A stretch of 63,270 nt of DNA, filler included, from Reticulomyxa filosa (Eukaryota; Protista; Foraminifera): assembly GCA_000512085.1 (NCBI GenBank). It is 19 parts of 19 records of this genome, joined end to end, with 100 filler letters (N's around TTAATTAATTAA, not from the genome) between each part and the next. Parts side by side here need not be neighbours in the genome. Positions count along the whole stretch, not along the records: positions 1 to 2,444 come from ASPP01019886.1; positions 2,545 to 6,296 come from ASPP01024979.1; positions 6,397 to 9,299 come from ASPP01049466.1; positions 9,400 to 13,707 come from ASPP01024036.1; 15 more parts are not named here. One strand, given 5' to 3'. Position numbers and translations under genes: made by a program. The notes beneath the pieces are model-generated. The model was not told where the DNA came from. It made no database searches and saw only the letters and a list, made by a program, of their open reading frames with translations. The stretch's first letter is position 1. Each line of letters starts with the position of its first letter. Positions 1-12,715 of the stretch are shown in pieces.

Positions 1-858
1 TTATCATCAACGTATGTGGACACAAGTTTCTGTTGCTTTGACACGCCATCAATTATCAGCAAATATTGTGTCGAACTACAATCTACAGGCTCCAATGAGC
101 AAGGGAAATTCAATCGGTATGGAAATGGCGCTAATTTTATGAACGGAACACAATAATCGAAACACAGATATTGGACAATCGTAAATTTGGATATATAGAG
201 ATTATTACATTTTCTGGCTCCATCACTGCAAGAACTATGTGCCTTGCGCTTGTCAAAAGAGCGCATGTAATCTTTGCTGAACTGTCTCCGGGATCGACTA
301 TTGACGACTGGTAACGTGTTGAACGGCAAGAAAGCAAGCAAGAAGAACAATAGCGAATACGTTAAAAAAAAAGTAAATACAAATGATACCTTCACTAATC
401 GGATCGTCAATCCAAAAATTGTTGAATGGACGTGTGCCGGTGGATGCAAGAATTTCCAATAACGGCAGTCATCCAATGTCAAAGTTATATCTCATTACAA
501 GTGTGACGATAGCGAATGAAGTTGGTGTTTAGAAAATATCCATTGTGCACGACTGCATTGGAACAATCGAAGGGTGGGAGGAAAGTATGACAAACACTTG
601 GCAAAAATAATCATTGCATAAAGATCAGATCAAGACCAATTCAAATAAGAGTTGCACCATTTGGAAATATCACCTCCTCCAACTTTGCAAGATATTCGAT
701 CAGTGAACGAAAGCAATGACGAAATATTTTGGAGGATATCAAAAAAAGCAATTGAAGACAAAGAACGAGAAAGCGATGAAGATGCAGAAATGAATGACGA
801 TTAGTACGAAGACGGAGACAAAGACAATAAAACCGAACATGGATGCGCAAACAGCACG

Positions 859-2444
859 GTGGTGAATTTGGTTGACGTGGCTATCGGCGATCGAGATCGA
901 TTTCAAGTCTTGGGAAACAAAATAGGAGTTGTGCACTATCTTGGCAATGTGGAACTTTCCAAATTGAGCTGGATAGTTGACATCCTAACACAATCGATGG
1001 AATTATGCGAGGAAAGATTTATTTCAAAGTTAGTTTCAATTTATTTGTGTATTCATTCTTGTTTTGTTTTAATTTCATCTTATTTCATTCTAGCGCGCTC
1101 CTGATAGAACTTCGTTGTGGAGAATCTAGTAACAGTTGTATGATTTATTTATTTGTTTTTAGGAAAAATGAATAAATAAGTACTTAACTATTTTTGGATT
1201 TTATTTTGATGTAGGAAAGCAAACTGATGACAACAACGATAACGACCTCAGCAATCGCCATTGCGGTCCGAAAACCTCAAATACGTTCCTCCAATTAAAA
1301 TCATTCAATCCCAACGATCGCACAATCTTCATTAATGGAGACAACAGGTGGCGAAGTTATTTGCACTGAACTAGATTTGTTTTTTTTAGAAACAATTTTT
1401 TTTATATGTAATGATATTTTGTATGTTTTTTATAGACATATGGATTCCTGGTGATCATGATGACGCGTACAACCAATGTTAATACTTTCAGGTGTTTTTT
1501 TGGTCTTATTTTTGTTATGTAATATTTGCTTAAAGTTAAATGACATATATCAGTTTATAATGACTTGATTCGAGTGTAAAATACGGTGCCCAAAGGAAGA
1601 GATATTTTTGTCAAACGATGTTCAGTTGCCACTCAATCGATTCCAGAAGTGGATACCAGAGCGACGGGCCGCAGTGACAACGAAAGGAAAGAATACAAAT
1701 ACAGTATTGGACAACGAGTGCAGATTGATACGAGAAAAAAAAGAAGTTAATCTGACTATTTTTTTTTTAAACGATATGCAATGCTGGACTTTGAAATTTG
1801 GAAAAATAGAAAATACGATAAATTGGAAAAGATACGAACGGAGAGAACGTATACGGCTTGAGCTAGATGAAAAATACCTAAAGATATCAATGAGCAGTGC
1901 AATCAAATGAAATGCTTCACATACAGGTTTGTTATTGTTTGCTAATTGCCATTGGGATAGAAGGGAGAGGGCAATGAGCAAAACAAAAATTCAATATCTT
2001 TTTTTAAAAAAAGATCTGGAAGACGATATATTTGTGCGAAGACATGCAATCAAAACGGCAATCGACAAAGACGATATTCCAAAATACAGTATTGAAATTG
2101 AACAGTGGACGTCATGGATACATAAAAAAACATTGAAGACACGGACGAAGGAGAAATATATGTTATCGAGACGGACATGTGGAACGGAGAATCAATAAAC
2201 GTCGAGGTTGAACAAACAAGGCAATTCAGTGTGAAGCACTGGCATAGCATAACTCGGCCACCCTTCAGCATTGAACGAGTTCGAACCAAGACAACAACGA
2301 AAAAAGCAACGATAAATCTCCTGATTGGATGAGACCGGAATTTGCTAATGGCGTGGTGGCCACAATCCATTTCATTGGCACCATGCACTTCGCAACAGAT
2401 GAGCAGATCAGTGTGAAGGATGGAACAATCACGATGGCTTGTAT
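859..2444 (+). pseudogene. Decayed CAP-Gly domain protein (two remnants)
   Basis: ~880-1030 reads IGDR..FQVLGNKIGVVHYLGNVELSKLSWI, then frameshifted DGIMRGKIYFK (CAP-Gly GKNDGxxxGxxYF). ~2325-2444 reads FANGVVATIHFIGTMHFATDEQISV, then frameshifted NNHDG. Stops and frameshifts throughout. Confidence 0.6.
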
Positions 2445-2544
2445 NNNNNNNNNNNNNNNNNNNNNNNNNNNNNNNNNNNNNNNNNNNNTTAATTAATTAA
2501 NNNNNNNNNNNNNNNNNNNNNNNNNNNNNNNNNNNNNNNNNNNN
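2445..2544. other. Artificial contig spacer N44-TTAATTAATTAA-N44 (first of 18)
   Basis: Identical 100-nt spacers with stops in all six frames start at 2445, 6297, 9300, 13708, 15988, 19649, 21821, 25110, 26353, 27485, 29526, 36941, 38143, 40138, 44946, 57692, 59236 and 61976. Genes are cut off at them. Confidence 0.99.
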
Positions 2545-2663
2545 TATGTATATGTATATGTGTGTGTGTGTGTATGCTGTTATCACAAAGAAATGAACGC
2601 GCAACACTACATTTCTCAAAATTTTTTAAAAATTAGTAATACAAAAAAAAAAAAAAAAAAAAG

Positions 2664-4448
2664 AAGGAACAAAGCGACGAAGCAAGTCAGACGAGTGACA
2701 ATGATACGAAAGAAGAAAAAAAAGAAGGGGAAACAGAAATGGTGGAGGACAAGAAAGCGAATACGCACTTAACGGCAAAAGAGATAACCGAATTACTTGA
2801 TTGGGAAGACATATTTGCAGAAACGCCACAGTTGCTGTCGGCGAGTAAGCAGAACTTGTGCATTCACATGGAAGTGTTGAAGACCATATTTTCGGTGGAA
2901 GAGAAGGACAAGTTCGATCGCAAATGCGGATTAACCCATTTGGAGTTTCTTGAAATGCTGGGGGAATATCCGATGCTATTGCAACCCTCGTATCAGTCCT
3001 TACTGGCCAAATTCCGCTTCGTCATCAGCTGTGTTGGACCTGTTGTATTGAAACGTTTCTGTCCAGATCTCTCCATCGCGTCTGGCGATTGGAAAGATTT
3101 TCCCAATACCAATGGTTTTAAAATGTTATATACATGCATATCAACACACACACACTCCCTTTTTTTTTTTTTTTGCAAATTGACATTTTTTTATTTAAAT
3201 ACGTATAATACATGTTTTATATACATTTACACATATGTGCATGTGTGCATGTGTGCATGTATAAATCTGACTTTTTAAAAAAAAAAAAAGTGGAAATTGG
3301 AAATATTGGCCGTCGCCAGCTGATTAAAAAAATAGCGCGTTTCGGATGGTGCTTTTCAACGTGGAGCTGGGGGCGCTTGTCGCGTTTAAAGTACTGGCAA
3401 TATTTTCCCGGCCTGCACGAAAAATTGGATTTCTTTTCAATAATCACCTTGTCGCCACTGTACTTTTTGCGATATTGCGACAACCAATTTTTTGAGTTTC
3501 ACTATAATTTGATGAAGCAGCAAAAACACGAACAGCAATTGTTTCAACAAGGAGCCAACCAACAGAAAGATACTGAAAATAAGAACGAGGGCGACGAGGA
3601 TAGCAACGCGAAAGAAAATCCACCCTTTGCTCGAAAGGCGATCAAAAGATTACAACATGCTCAACTCAAACGCCAACATCGACAGCATGTGAACCAAATT
3701 GAAGAAGACATTACCAATTCATTGTTGATGACGTCTCCCAATGCTCCCGCTGTTTCTACTTTTTCAAATGACTTTGCTTCGTATCTGCTATCAAAGAAAA
3801 ATACCCAATACTTGGACTGCTTCCATTTTATTCAAAATGAAATCCAAAGTGAAATTAAACATACTTTGGGATGGAAACACTTTGACAAAGACAGATTGGC
3901 AGATTTGTTGTTGGTTCCGGATAAAAAAAGGTTTTGCTATTGTCTTGTTCTTTTTCTTATCTACAATCATTTTGTTTTTTTTTTTTGAATGGGTACGTAC
4001 ACAAAACGCGACGTATAACAAACGGCAATTGACAAAAAAAAAAAAAAATTATCAAATAAGGCTATTGAATCCCGAACGATACGAAGAATGGCTAAAGTAT
4101 AAAATAAAAATAAAACAACAACTCACGCAAGACATAGCGCAATGGAAAACTGGAGACTTGCAGACAACAGACAAGCAAGACGAAAGCAAGGGTAAACAAC
4201 ATTCCAAAGGTATGCTTTGGGGCTCTGAGAGTATTACTCAACAAGTAGAGGTATTAAAGGAGTTGGAAAAAATCCATGGAAGGATTTTGATGCAAATGTA
4301 TATGCCCACTCATGACGAAGTACTGACCTTTTTGAATACAAAACGCTTTGATTGGCAAATCAAATCGAGCCATCAATCAGTTGATGACAGTTCTGATCCG
4401 ACACAAGAACATAAAAGCACAAATAGACCTTATGAACTACAGTTTTAA
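2664..4448 (+). CDS. mTERF-like repeat protein, 5' partial, 3 exons visible (introns 3115-3290, 3931-4060)
   Basis: IFAETPQLLSASKQNL and MLGEYPMLLQPSYQSLLAKFRFV resemble mTERF repeats. FGWCFSTWSWGRLSRLKY...SIITLSPLYFLRY resembles the mTERF C-terminal motif. GT-AG introns join the frames. Confidence 0.5.
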
Positions 4449-4678
4449 AATTAAGAAATCCCTTTTTTTTTTTTGACTCTTTTTTCCGTCTCTCTTTCTC
4501 ATCCTTTTATTGAAAAGGGTAGATTGATTTGATTAATTTGCAACTTTGTTACTCAAATTGTATTAAAAAAAAATTGACAATCCTCTAAAGAATTTGACAC
4601 TTATAATGAAGTTCAAAATGACATCTTTGATGCATTTGGATCTAAAACACCAAAAATTGAAAGGAGAGGGGAAAAAAG

Positions 4679-5410
4679 TTACACTAGTCTCATTTGCACG
4701 CAAATCCGGCATGTGCTTATTTCTGGGTATCTCAAAGATAAAAACGCGGGGCATGTACCTTCTTCAATATGTGAGATTCCATGCTCGACAGCAGCCTCTT
4801 TACTTGTGTCAAACATAAGCACGTCTCCACTTGCAAAATCGAAATATTTTTCACCAATTGCTGCTGATTTGCAACGAAATTTTGCAATGTTGCCAATACT
4901 AAATATAATTACGTAGCCTTTCAAGCCATCAATATGATCTTCAATGCGGCCATTTTGAGTTTCGTATTTCAGTGCTTTGACTATTTTCAGTTCAAGAGCG
5001 TTCTTGGTTGTTCTATCAAATACTTGCATTTTGCACTGTTTCCACAATATATGACTCACCGACGACAGCAAATCGTCATATATTTTGCAATATCTTTGTT
5101 TATAGTGGTAAGGATTGGATGGATTCAGCACCATCAATTTACTGCTGTATTTGTTCTTGTTTTTCAAGTCTTCTGGCCTACAACATTTTGCAGCTTTCAA
5201 AACGGCTTCGTAAAGTGCATATTGGTCTTGCATTGATAACACTCCTTGCAGCCACACGCAAGTACTATGAAAAACAGTAGCTTTTTGCAGGGGTATCTGC
5301 TTGGGACACACGATATTTGATTCATTGTCGTTTTTCACAGCTTTTATTTTTTTCTCGTTTTCTTGCTTATATTTTTCTAAATATTTCCAATATTCACTTT
5401 CACGTGCCAT
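4679..5410 (-). CDS. AlkB-family 2OG-Fe(II) dioxygenase
   Basis: Intronless ORF from MARES. KY...HID...FSIG...SGDVLMFD...HGI...RICVQMR matches the HxD...H...RxxxxxR AlkB signature. Confidence 0.8.
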   Translation of the reverse strand: MARESEYWKYLEKYKQENEKKIKAVKNDNESNIVCPKQIPLQKATVFHSTCVWLQGVLSMQDQYALYEAVLKAAKCCRPEDLKNKNKYSSKLMVLNPSNPYHYKQRYCKIYDDLLSSVSHILWKQCKMQVFDRTTKNALELKIVKALKYETQNGRIEDHIDGLKGYVIIFSIGNIAKFRCKSAAIGEKYFDFASGDVLMFDTSKEAAVEHGISHIEEGTCPAFLSLRYPEISTCRICVQMRLV

Positions 5411-5769
5411 AGGATAAGTTTCTTGTGGAGGAAAAAAACCTATAAACGAAGAAATGAGAACGTCTTTTTTTTTTTGCAAGGACCGCTTTTGTATCAACAT
5501 CATGCTGTATCCTTTTGTGATGAGGAATAAAGTTGTAATTTTATATTCACAAACAAGTTTTCATTTTGTCGTAAAAATAAGAAAAGATAATATCTAACCA
5601 TACGGTTAGTTTTTAGTCTCTCTTTTTTATATTTTTATTATAGTTACTATAACACACTTCTGGGTTATATTTAAATTTTAATTGATAAACTCTCACACGT
5701 AAAAAAAGTAGAGTACTGCTTTGCAAAGGAAAAAAAAACCCTTTGTGGTTTGACGATTCAAACAATAAA

Positions 5770-6296
5770 ATGCCTTCCACATCCAAAAGAAAAGCTCAGA
5801 CAAACACGTCTTCGGGTGATGTTACTTCGAAACGTCAAAATGCTCATGTTCAAAAAGTATGCATTCATCTTCTGATCTGTTGAAAAAAAACACAGAGGAC
5901 AAACAACACACCTAACCAGGAACGAGCCAAAGGTGGCAACAATCACGTCACGAGTTCCAATGGATCAAATACCTTGACTCTGCACAATATAAAGAACGGG
6001 TTAGTTTCAGAGCCAATATCACCATTGTCAACCGAAAGTGATAAGCCGTCCTTGGTTTACATTGAGATAATGAAGAAAATGAGAGCAGCAGATCACAATG
6101 ATGATGGATATTTAACTTGGAAAGAATTTGAGTCTTTTTTAGATTCTTATTTACACTTTTCCAAACACTCAAATGTCTCAACGGCAATGATTGAGAAATT
6201 TTTTTTGGAACTGTCCGATGATCAGTTTAGTAAGCTACGTCATAATTAATGTCGGAACCGAAAGGGTTTGAATTCCGGGTTTTTTTTTTTTTGAAG
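5770..6296 (+). CDS. EF-hand protein, 3' partial
   Basis: ATG 5770; a 39-nt GT-AG intron at 5857-5895 removes an in-frame stop. EF-hand loop ADHNDDGYLTWKEFESFL. Divergent from the AlkB gene. Confidence 0.65.
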
Positions 6297-7944
6297 NNNN
6301 NNNNNNNNNNNNNNNNNNNNNNNNNNNNNNNNNNNNNNNNTTAATTAATTAANNNNNNNNNNNNNNNNNNNNNNNNNNNNNNNNNNNNNNNNNNNNATGT
6401 CCACGTTTTCAACGAAGACGCGGGCAATATGCTCCGTACGCATACGTCAGTTTGTTGTTCGCAAACGATTGTGAATATGAATTTGGATCCCATTCACTTT
6501 ATTTTCGGCAAGAACTTGAATAGAGAAAATACAAGCTAATACACCGGTAATTCGTCGAAATGCCATCTTTTTTTTTTTACACAAACCATTTCAAAAGGGG
6601 TAAAATCAGCAAAAAAGCAACGAACGTCTTTTGCTGTTGGCCAAGAAGTTTAAAACAGAAAACATAATTGACTTTATTTGCTTTTCTTATAGCTGTATGG
6701 TTTTGTGAACATATTAAAATACACATTTGTGGAGTGACATTAATTCTTGCAAACTCGTTAGCATACAATATGTATATTTGAATAATCTCCAAAAGCAAGA
6801 ATTTTCATATTTAGAAAGTATTGTTTTGTTTTTTATTATTTTATTTTGATTATCGAAGATGAACCTTTTGTCGAAAAATTTAAAAAAAAGAAGTGTTGTT
6901 AAAGTGCTAAATTTAGTATACTCGATAATTTTTAATTTTCAGTTTTTTAATTAACTCGTAATTAACATAGTCATTTCATTTTATCAGAAAAATACAATTT
7001 AACATTTTTAAAAATTAATTGTTTTTGTCAACTGTCATAATATAAATCATTATGAAAACCAAATGTACATGAATTACAAGTAATATTGTAACAATTCATG
7101 TCTATCAATTTATTCTTTCTTTTGCAATAAAATTGTTATAAAAAATTATTATTTGCAACTAGAATTATAAAGTTTATACAAATTAACAACAATTATAATG
7201 AAGAATTAATTGTAATAATGACTTTTGAATTATAGTAACAATTAGTTATTAAATTAAGTTTCATAATATACGATCATGAAATTTACACTTTCTGACTTAT
7301 TCACAAATAATAATTTGAATCACACAAAATTTAAATGTATTGAAACTTATATTAAAAATATATTCTAAGTATAATATTTGAAACGTAAAAAATTAGATTA
7401 ATTAAAATAGAATAAATATATCTGATAAAAGATAACCTATTATGACGTTGTGTCAAATATTATGTATATTACATAAGCAAAATAAATCATTAAATAATTA
7501 TAATGAAATTTAATATCTATCATATTTCTAGTTATTTTCGTAACATAAAATCAAGTATATATATTTGCATTGTGTTATTTTAACGTAAACTTATTTTCTT
7601 TATTTATCCTTTCCTTTTATTTTTCATTTTTGTTTTTTGAAATGATCTAACGACTAATCAATTATTAAATTTGCACTATGTATATAAGTAACATTATTAA
7701 CTTAATGCAAAACTTTGTTAATGCTTTAAGTTGCAAGTTTTCATCTTCAAATCAATTGATACAGTTATTATCGTTTACTGCAAAAAAAATAAAATAAAAT
7801 AAGTAATAGTCCAATTTGTATTTATAATTTGGATTCAGACACAGTGAAAGGTGGACACTCAAGCCCCAATGCACAGCCATCACCATGGCCATCCGAGCCA
7901 CCCCACAACACATTATTTGTGTCATTTTTAAAAATGACTTGTCC

Positions 7945-8076
7945 TCTCGGTTTTGTAATGTAAACACACAGTTTTTCGGAACCAAACTGGTGCCAAACTC
8001 GTGGAATTGCTTGAAATAAACGAACACGCATTGCCCCAATAATCTACCGCACAAAATGACACTGTATCACTACTTG
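7945..8076 (-). pseudogene. Gamma-glutamyltransferase small-subunit N-terminal fragment
   Basis: SSDTVSFCAVDYWGNACSFISSN / (frameshift) HEFGTSLVPKNCVFTLQNR matches the GGT nucleophile-Thr region T.xF.VVD..GNACSFINSN...FG.G.VP...FTLQNRG. Confidence 0.7.
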
Positions 8077-9299
8077 TCAATGGTTTCCTTCTCCAATGTA
8101 CTTCACCACTCCTACTTTCACATAGTCCCCAATCTTGAATTGGATTTTGGCAATGGTATTTGCGGAGGTGGCGTTGTCTTGTCCTCGTTATCGATATTGT
8201 TATCATTCACTTCTACTTCCCCGCTTTTTCGCTCTTTGTCCTTAATTACTTTTTGACATTATCCAAAGATATTTTGTCATATCTTCCGCTCACTGGCCGA
8301 GTATCTTCCTGTATTGTTTTTCACACAAGTCTTGCAGAGTTGGATAAGTGACCATTTCCAAATTATGCAACTTTTCTTTGAATTGGTCTTTTCGATTTGA
8401 TTTTTATGCTATTGTTTATTGTTGGCTAAGTTTTTTCAATGTCTTGAATACTCCAGCTTCGAAAACATTTGTGCTTCTTTCGTGGGTCCTCCTTCAAGTT
8501 TTTCACTATCATGTTTGCAACTGAACGTCGACTGGCAAAGTATATACTGTTTCAGCATACTGTATTGAAACACACAAATATGGTAATACAAAATAAAGAT
8601 AGGCTTTTTTTTTAGTGAACTTGGAAATATTTATTCTATAATAACCATTGATCCACCAATCATCAAATTCGATTCCCAACATTTCTTCGCCGCAACTAAA
8701 GTCATTTATTTCACGATCCAATTCAACACAGTTGTCAACTTTGGTACTTTTGTTTCTTGGATCCAATCGTCGTCTGCTACTTCAATATCATTGACTTTTC
8801 CGTCATGAGCCCCTATGTCCATTGAGCCAACTACAAACCGATCACTTCATCGCCTTTGCTAAAGTCCAATGAACTTGACCTCGCCCAATATTGCAACGAG
8901 TCAGTTTTTACTTTGCCGCTAACTTTGAATGACAATAAATTATTCAAATTCAAAGACTGATACTTTGCAATTTTGAACGAATTAGAGAACTGGTCCAGTA
9001 GGACCGAACCCAGCCTCAAGCAGCAAAGCATGCAATCACACTTCCATTTTTGTATTGGTGCTGCCACCATCCAGCTTGATACTAATGGCGAATTGATCTT
9101 GGAAAAATCGGTTTTTCCGATAAACGAACTGTTCCAATAGCGCCGTCAATAAAACGAATGACACAAATGTTGCGTGTGATAACTAAATTTTATCTCCACT
9201 TTGAAATGAGTAGTCGTCTTTGTCACTAGGCAAATCTCTTGAAAAGTCCACTGGTCCAGCATCACTGACAACAGCCATGTGATCTTTTTTCTTCGTTTT
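8077..9299 (-). pseudogene. Decayed multi-CAP-Gly protein (at least 4 remnants)
   Basis: Fragments DGAIGTVR/IGKTDFSK, LGEVKFIG/LDFSKGDEVIGL*LAQWT/AHDGKVND, DFSCGEEMLGIEFDDWWING and FKIGDYVKVGVVKYIG, with stops and frameshifts. Confidence 0.65.
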
Positions 9300-9469
9300 N
9301 NNNNNNNNNNNNNNNNNNNNNNNNNNNNNNNNNNNNNNNNNNNTTAATTAATTAANNNNNNNNNNNNNNNNNNNNNNNNNNNNNNNNNNNNNNNNNNNNG
9401 TTGCTTTGCTGTGTCGGTTTTTTCTCCTCCTCTTTGTGTTGGCTCATTTTTTTTTTTTGGTGACGAGAG

Positions 9470-11014
9470 ATATTAGGCGACACATACGGCAATGTCGTGT
9501 TCTTAAATGAAAGAGAATGCTCAATCCAACGACGTAACCAAAAAGTGTACGAAGAGGCACCTTCTCCAGTGTCGACACCGGAGTTACGCAAAGCTATGGG
9601 CGCGCAGGCTTGTGCGTTGGCAAAGGCGGTCGATTATATAACTGCCGGAACGTGTGAGTTTTTGGTTGATAAAAACCGCAATTTCTACTTTTTGGAAATG
9701 AACACACGTTTACAAGTGGAGCACCCAATTACCGAAATGATCACTGGCGTTGATTTGGTGGAACAAATGATAAACGTTGCCGCAGGAAAACCATTGCCCT
9801 TTAAACAATCGGACATTGGCATTAATGGATGGGCTATTGAAGCACGAGTTTATGCCGAAGATCCATTCAAAGAGTTTTTACCTCAAACCGGAACTTTGCG
9901 ACGTTATCGTGAACCTCAAAAAGGTCCTAACGTCAGAGTGGACAGCGGAATTCAGGAATATTCAGAAATCTCGTTTCGTTTCTGTTTAAACAAAAAAAGG
10001 GGGAGGGACAGATGAACCCCCTCAAAAAAAAAAAATGAAAAGATTTGAAAAATGAAAAAATAAATCTGCCTTTTTTTCCCTTCCTCCCCCCCGCCCCTTC
10101 AGAACACACTATGACCCAATGATCGCCAAATTAGTCACATGGGGAAAGAACAGACAAGAGGCATTACAAACAATGGCGAATGCGTTGGACAGTTATGTGA
10201 TCCATGGCTTGAATCATAACGTTCCATTTTTGAGAAACATTTTGGATCATCCAAGATTCAAAGCTGGAGACCTAAACACCAAGTTTATTCAAGATGAGTA
10301 TCCGGATGGATTCAGTCGTAAGTATTTAAAGTTGACCGACAGTGAAGTGGAGAGATTGTACGCCTCTGCTGCCACTACTTTTTGGAAGATTCGAAGAGAC
10401 TTGACAAATCGTTTCCCTTGCACCGTATGTGTCACTTTTGACCAAAAAACGCGTGAGGTGGTGGTAAAGAGCGGCAATGAAGTGACGATTGACGGAAAGA
10501 GTATTTCCTTTGTCAATGCATTCGAGCGAGGCAACTACTTCTTTGATACTGTGATTGGTAATGAGAAAGCAATTGTACAACTGATCAAGCGAACTTCTCA
10601 TCATTTGGTGTTACAATACAAAGGAATTAAAGTTAAGATGTTTTTTTTTTAGTTATTTGTTTTGCCACAAAAATGCAAAAGATTAAAAACAACTGAAACT
10701 TGTGTTTTTTAATGGGCCTCAAACAGTATGACTTTGAAGTAAGAACTCCAAGAGAAGAAGCATTGCAACAATATATGCCTCAACCAGAAGTCATCGATGA
10801 GGAAAGCGTTTTGTTGGCACCAATGCCTGGAAACATCTTCTCCATAAACGTTAGGGAAGGTGAAAAGGTAGCTCAAGGACAAGAAGTGTGTGTCATTGAA
10901 GCCATGAAAATGCAAAACATTTTCTATGCAAAAAAAGATGGTATGGTTAAAAAGGTTTATGTTAAACAAGGTGACGCCGTTCAAGCCGAACAAAAAATTT
11001 ACGAGTTGGAATAG
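9470..11014 (+). CDS. PCCA: Propionyl-CoA carboxylase alpha chain (biotin carboxylase + BCCP), 5' partial
   Basis: [36 protein letters not shown], spliced [14 protein letters not shown] and biotin site EAMKMQN. Introns 9973-10102 and 10632-10726. RRNQKV and GVDLVEQMI favour PCCA over MCCA. Confidence 0.88.
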
Positions 11015-11370
11015 GAGATGTGCAATCAACGAGGTTTTTTGTTGGTTTGTGTGTGATATTTTATCCATTCTTGAATTACCAAACTCTCATTGCATCAAAA
11101 CCTCTAAAATCGTGTTCTTGTGAAACTACCTCGTTTTTTGGAGAAACAACACAATTCAAAATCATTCTGCCAAAAAATTAGTTGCAACTTTTATTTGATA
11201 ACTTCTTTTTGTATGAATTAGCAGACAGAAATTTTGAATTTTTATTACAAAAGGAAAAATAACTGATGGTCTTTTAAAAATGATTGTTTAAACAAGTTGG
11301 AAGAATACCGAAAAGCGTACATGACTCATAAAAACAACGCTTTGAACAAAAAAAGTGAGAAAGTAGACCA

Positions 11371-12362
11371 CTACACAATAGGGTCTCTCTCTAGTGTACG
11401 GAACCACTCAAAGTAGCAAGTAGATTGGCGATAATAGGTGCTTACCAAATCATGTTTGGGATAATATCCAGCAAAGTGGATAATCCAATCGGATTTGTCA
11501 AACGAATATAAATAGCTATTCATAAGTTTTTGAGGAGCAATAGCAACATGTGAGCGAATGTAATGAGGAATAATTTCTCTCGCGGACATGGCCAAACGAA
11601 GGGTGGTTGCATTTCGATGATTGAAAGGCTCAGAGAAACGATTCTTTACTTCCAGTTTGCTAATTTTACCCGAGACGACTTTATCCGCTGTAAGGCCACC
11701 AAGTACGGCCTGAAAGACAGTTTGATCCACGAAACTCATATCAGAAGGACTCGGATTATTCCACAACAAGGTCGTCAAGTTAAACCAATTGCGAACAAAG
11801 TCGCGAGACCACTGACAGCTTCGAAACAGCACTGTGCCAGTATTGACAGCTTGAAACTGGTCTCCACTGAAAATGATATCAAATGGCTCCTCACTGGGAT
11901 ATTTGTTGTATACAGTATTCACTGCCGCAATGATATCGTACACAGACTTATTACAGTTCATAAATACTGCATCATTGTCGACGAGCAACAGATAGTCCAT
12001 TGCGTCCCCATATTTTTCCAATAAATAATGTGCCAATCCCACTTTTTGGTATGCCAAATGCATGTTTTGCATGTCCTTAAAAAATGTCTTGTTGTGGTAG
12101 CTTACATATTGGTAATCATGCTTCGATGCATAGAATTGATGATTCAGATCGCTCTCGGCACGTAGTGGGGTTGATATCGCTACTGAAGCAATCATCACCG
12201 TTTTTTTTTTTCCACTTGCTGCTCTGTTAAAACTCTTACCGTTGTTTGCGCGCTAAATAAGAGATTACTCAATGTCAGCAACAAAAAAAAGCATAAACAT
12301 AAAAATAATAGCTTTGGTGTTAAAATTTTATCATTTTGCGCGGTTTGTAGAGGAGCGATCAT
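11371..12362 (-). CDS. GT34 (GMA12/MNN10 galactosyl-transferase family) type II membrane glycosyltransferase
   Basis: N-terminal TM anchor, NH..YASKHDY, DYLLLVDNDAVFMN (DxD), VNTGTVLFR...WSRDF, DQ and WIIHFAG. One frameshift in the homopolymer at ~12200-12212 joins the two ORFs. Confidence 0.8.
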
Positions 12363-12715
12363 ATTCTTTTTTTGTCCATTTGGTTTCCTTTTTCTTCCAC
12401 TAAACAAAATTACTCATTTCTTGAACTAGGAATTGCTTTGTAATAACAATTTTTCCAGGAGATTAAATTTCAACATTAGTTTTTTCCGATGTTTGATGGA
12501 TGCTTGACATTTTTTCATTGAGCAGGAGCAGCTTCTATTGACTGTTTCTTATTTTGAAACGATTACAATGAGTTTTATTGTAGATATTTTTAACATAGCA
12601 TCAGTACACTTACTTGAATATTCAAAAATAATTCAAAAGTACGTTCATGGACAGTAAAAAAAACAACAATGGCGAGTTCAAAGGGGTAATTTGTTTTTTT
12701 TGCAAATAAAGTTCC

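Noticed and set aside
2489-2500. Recurrent TTAATTAATTAA palindrome as a biological repeat or IES/TSD signal
   Set aside because: It is always centred in exactly 88 Ns and is a six-frame-stop assembly linker.
6800-7800. Very AT-rich kilobase as an origin or centromere
   Set aside because: No periodicity or repeat structure visible; similar to other intergenic DNA here.
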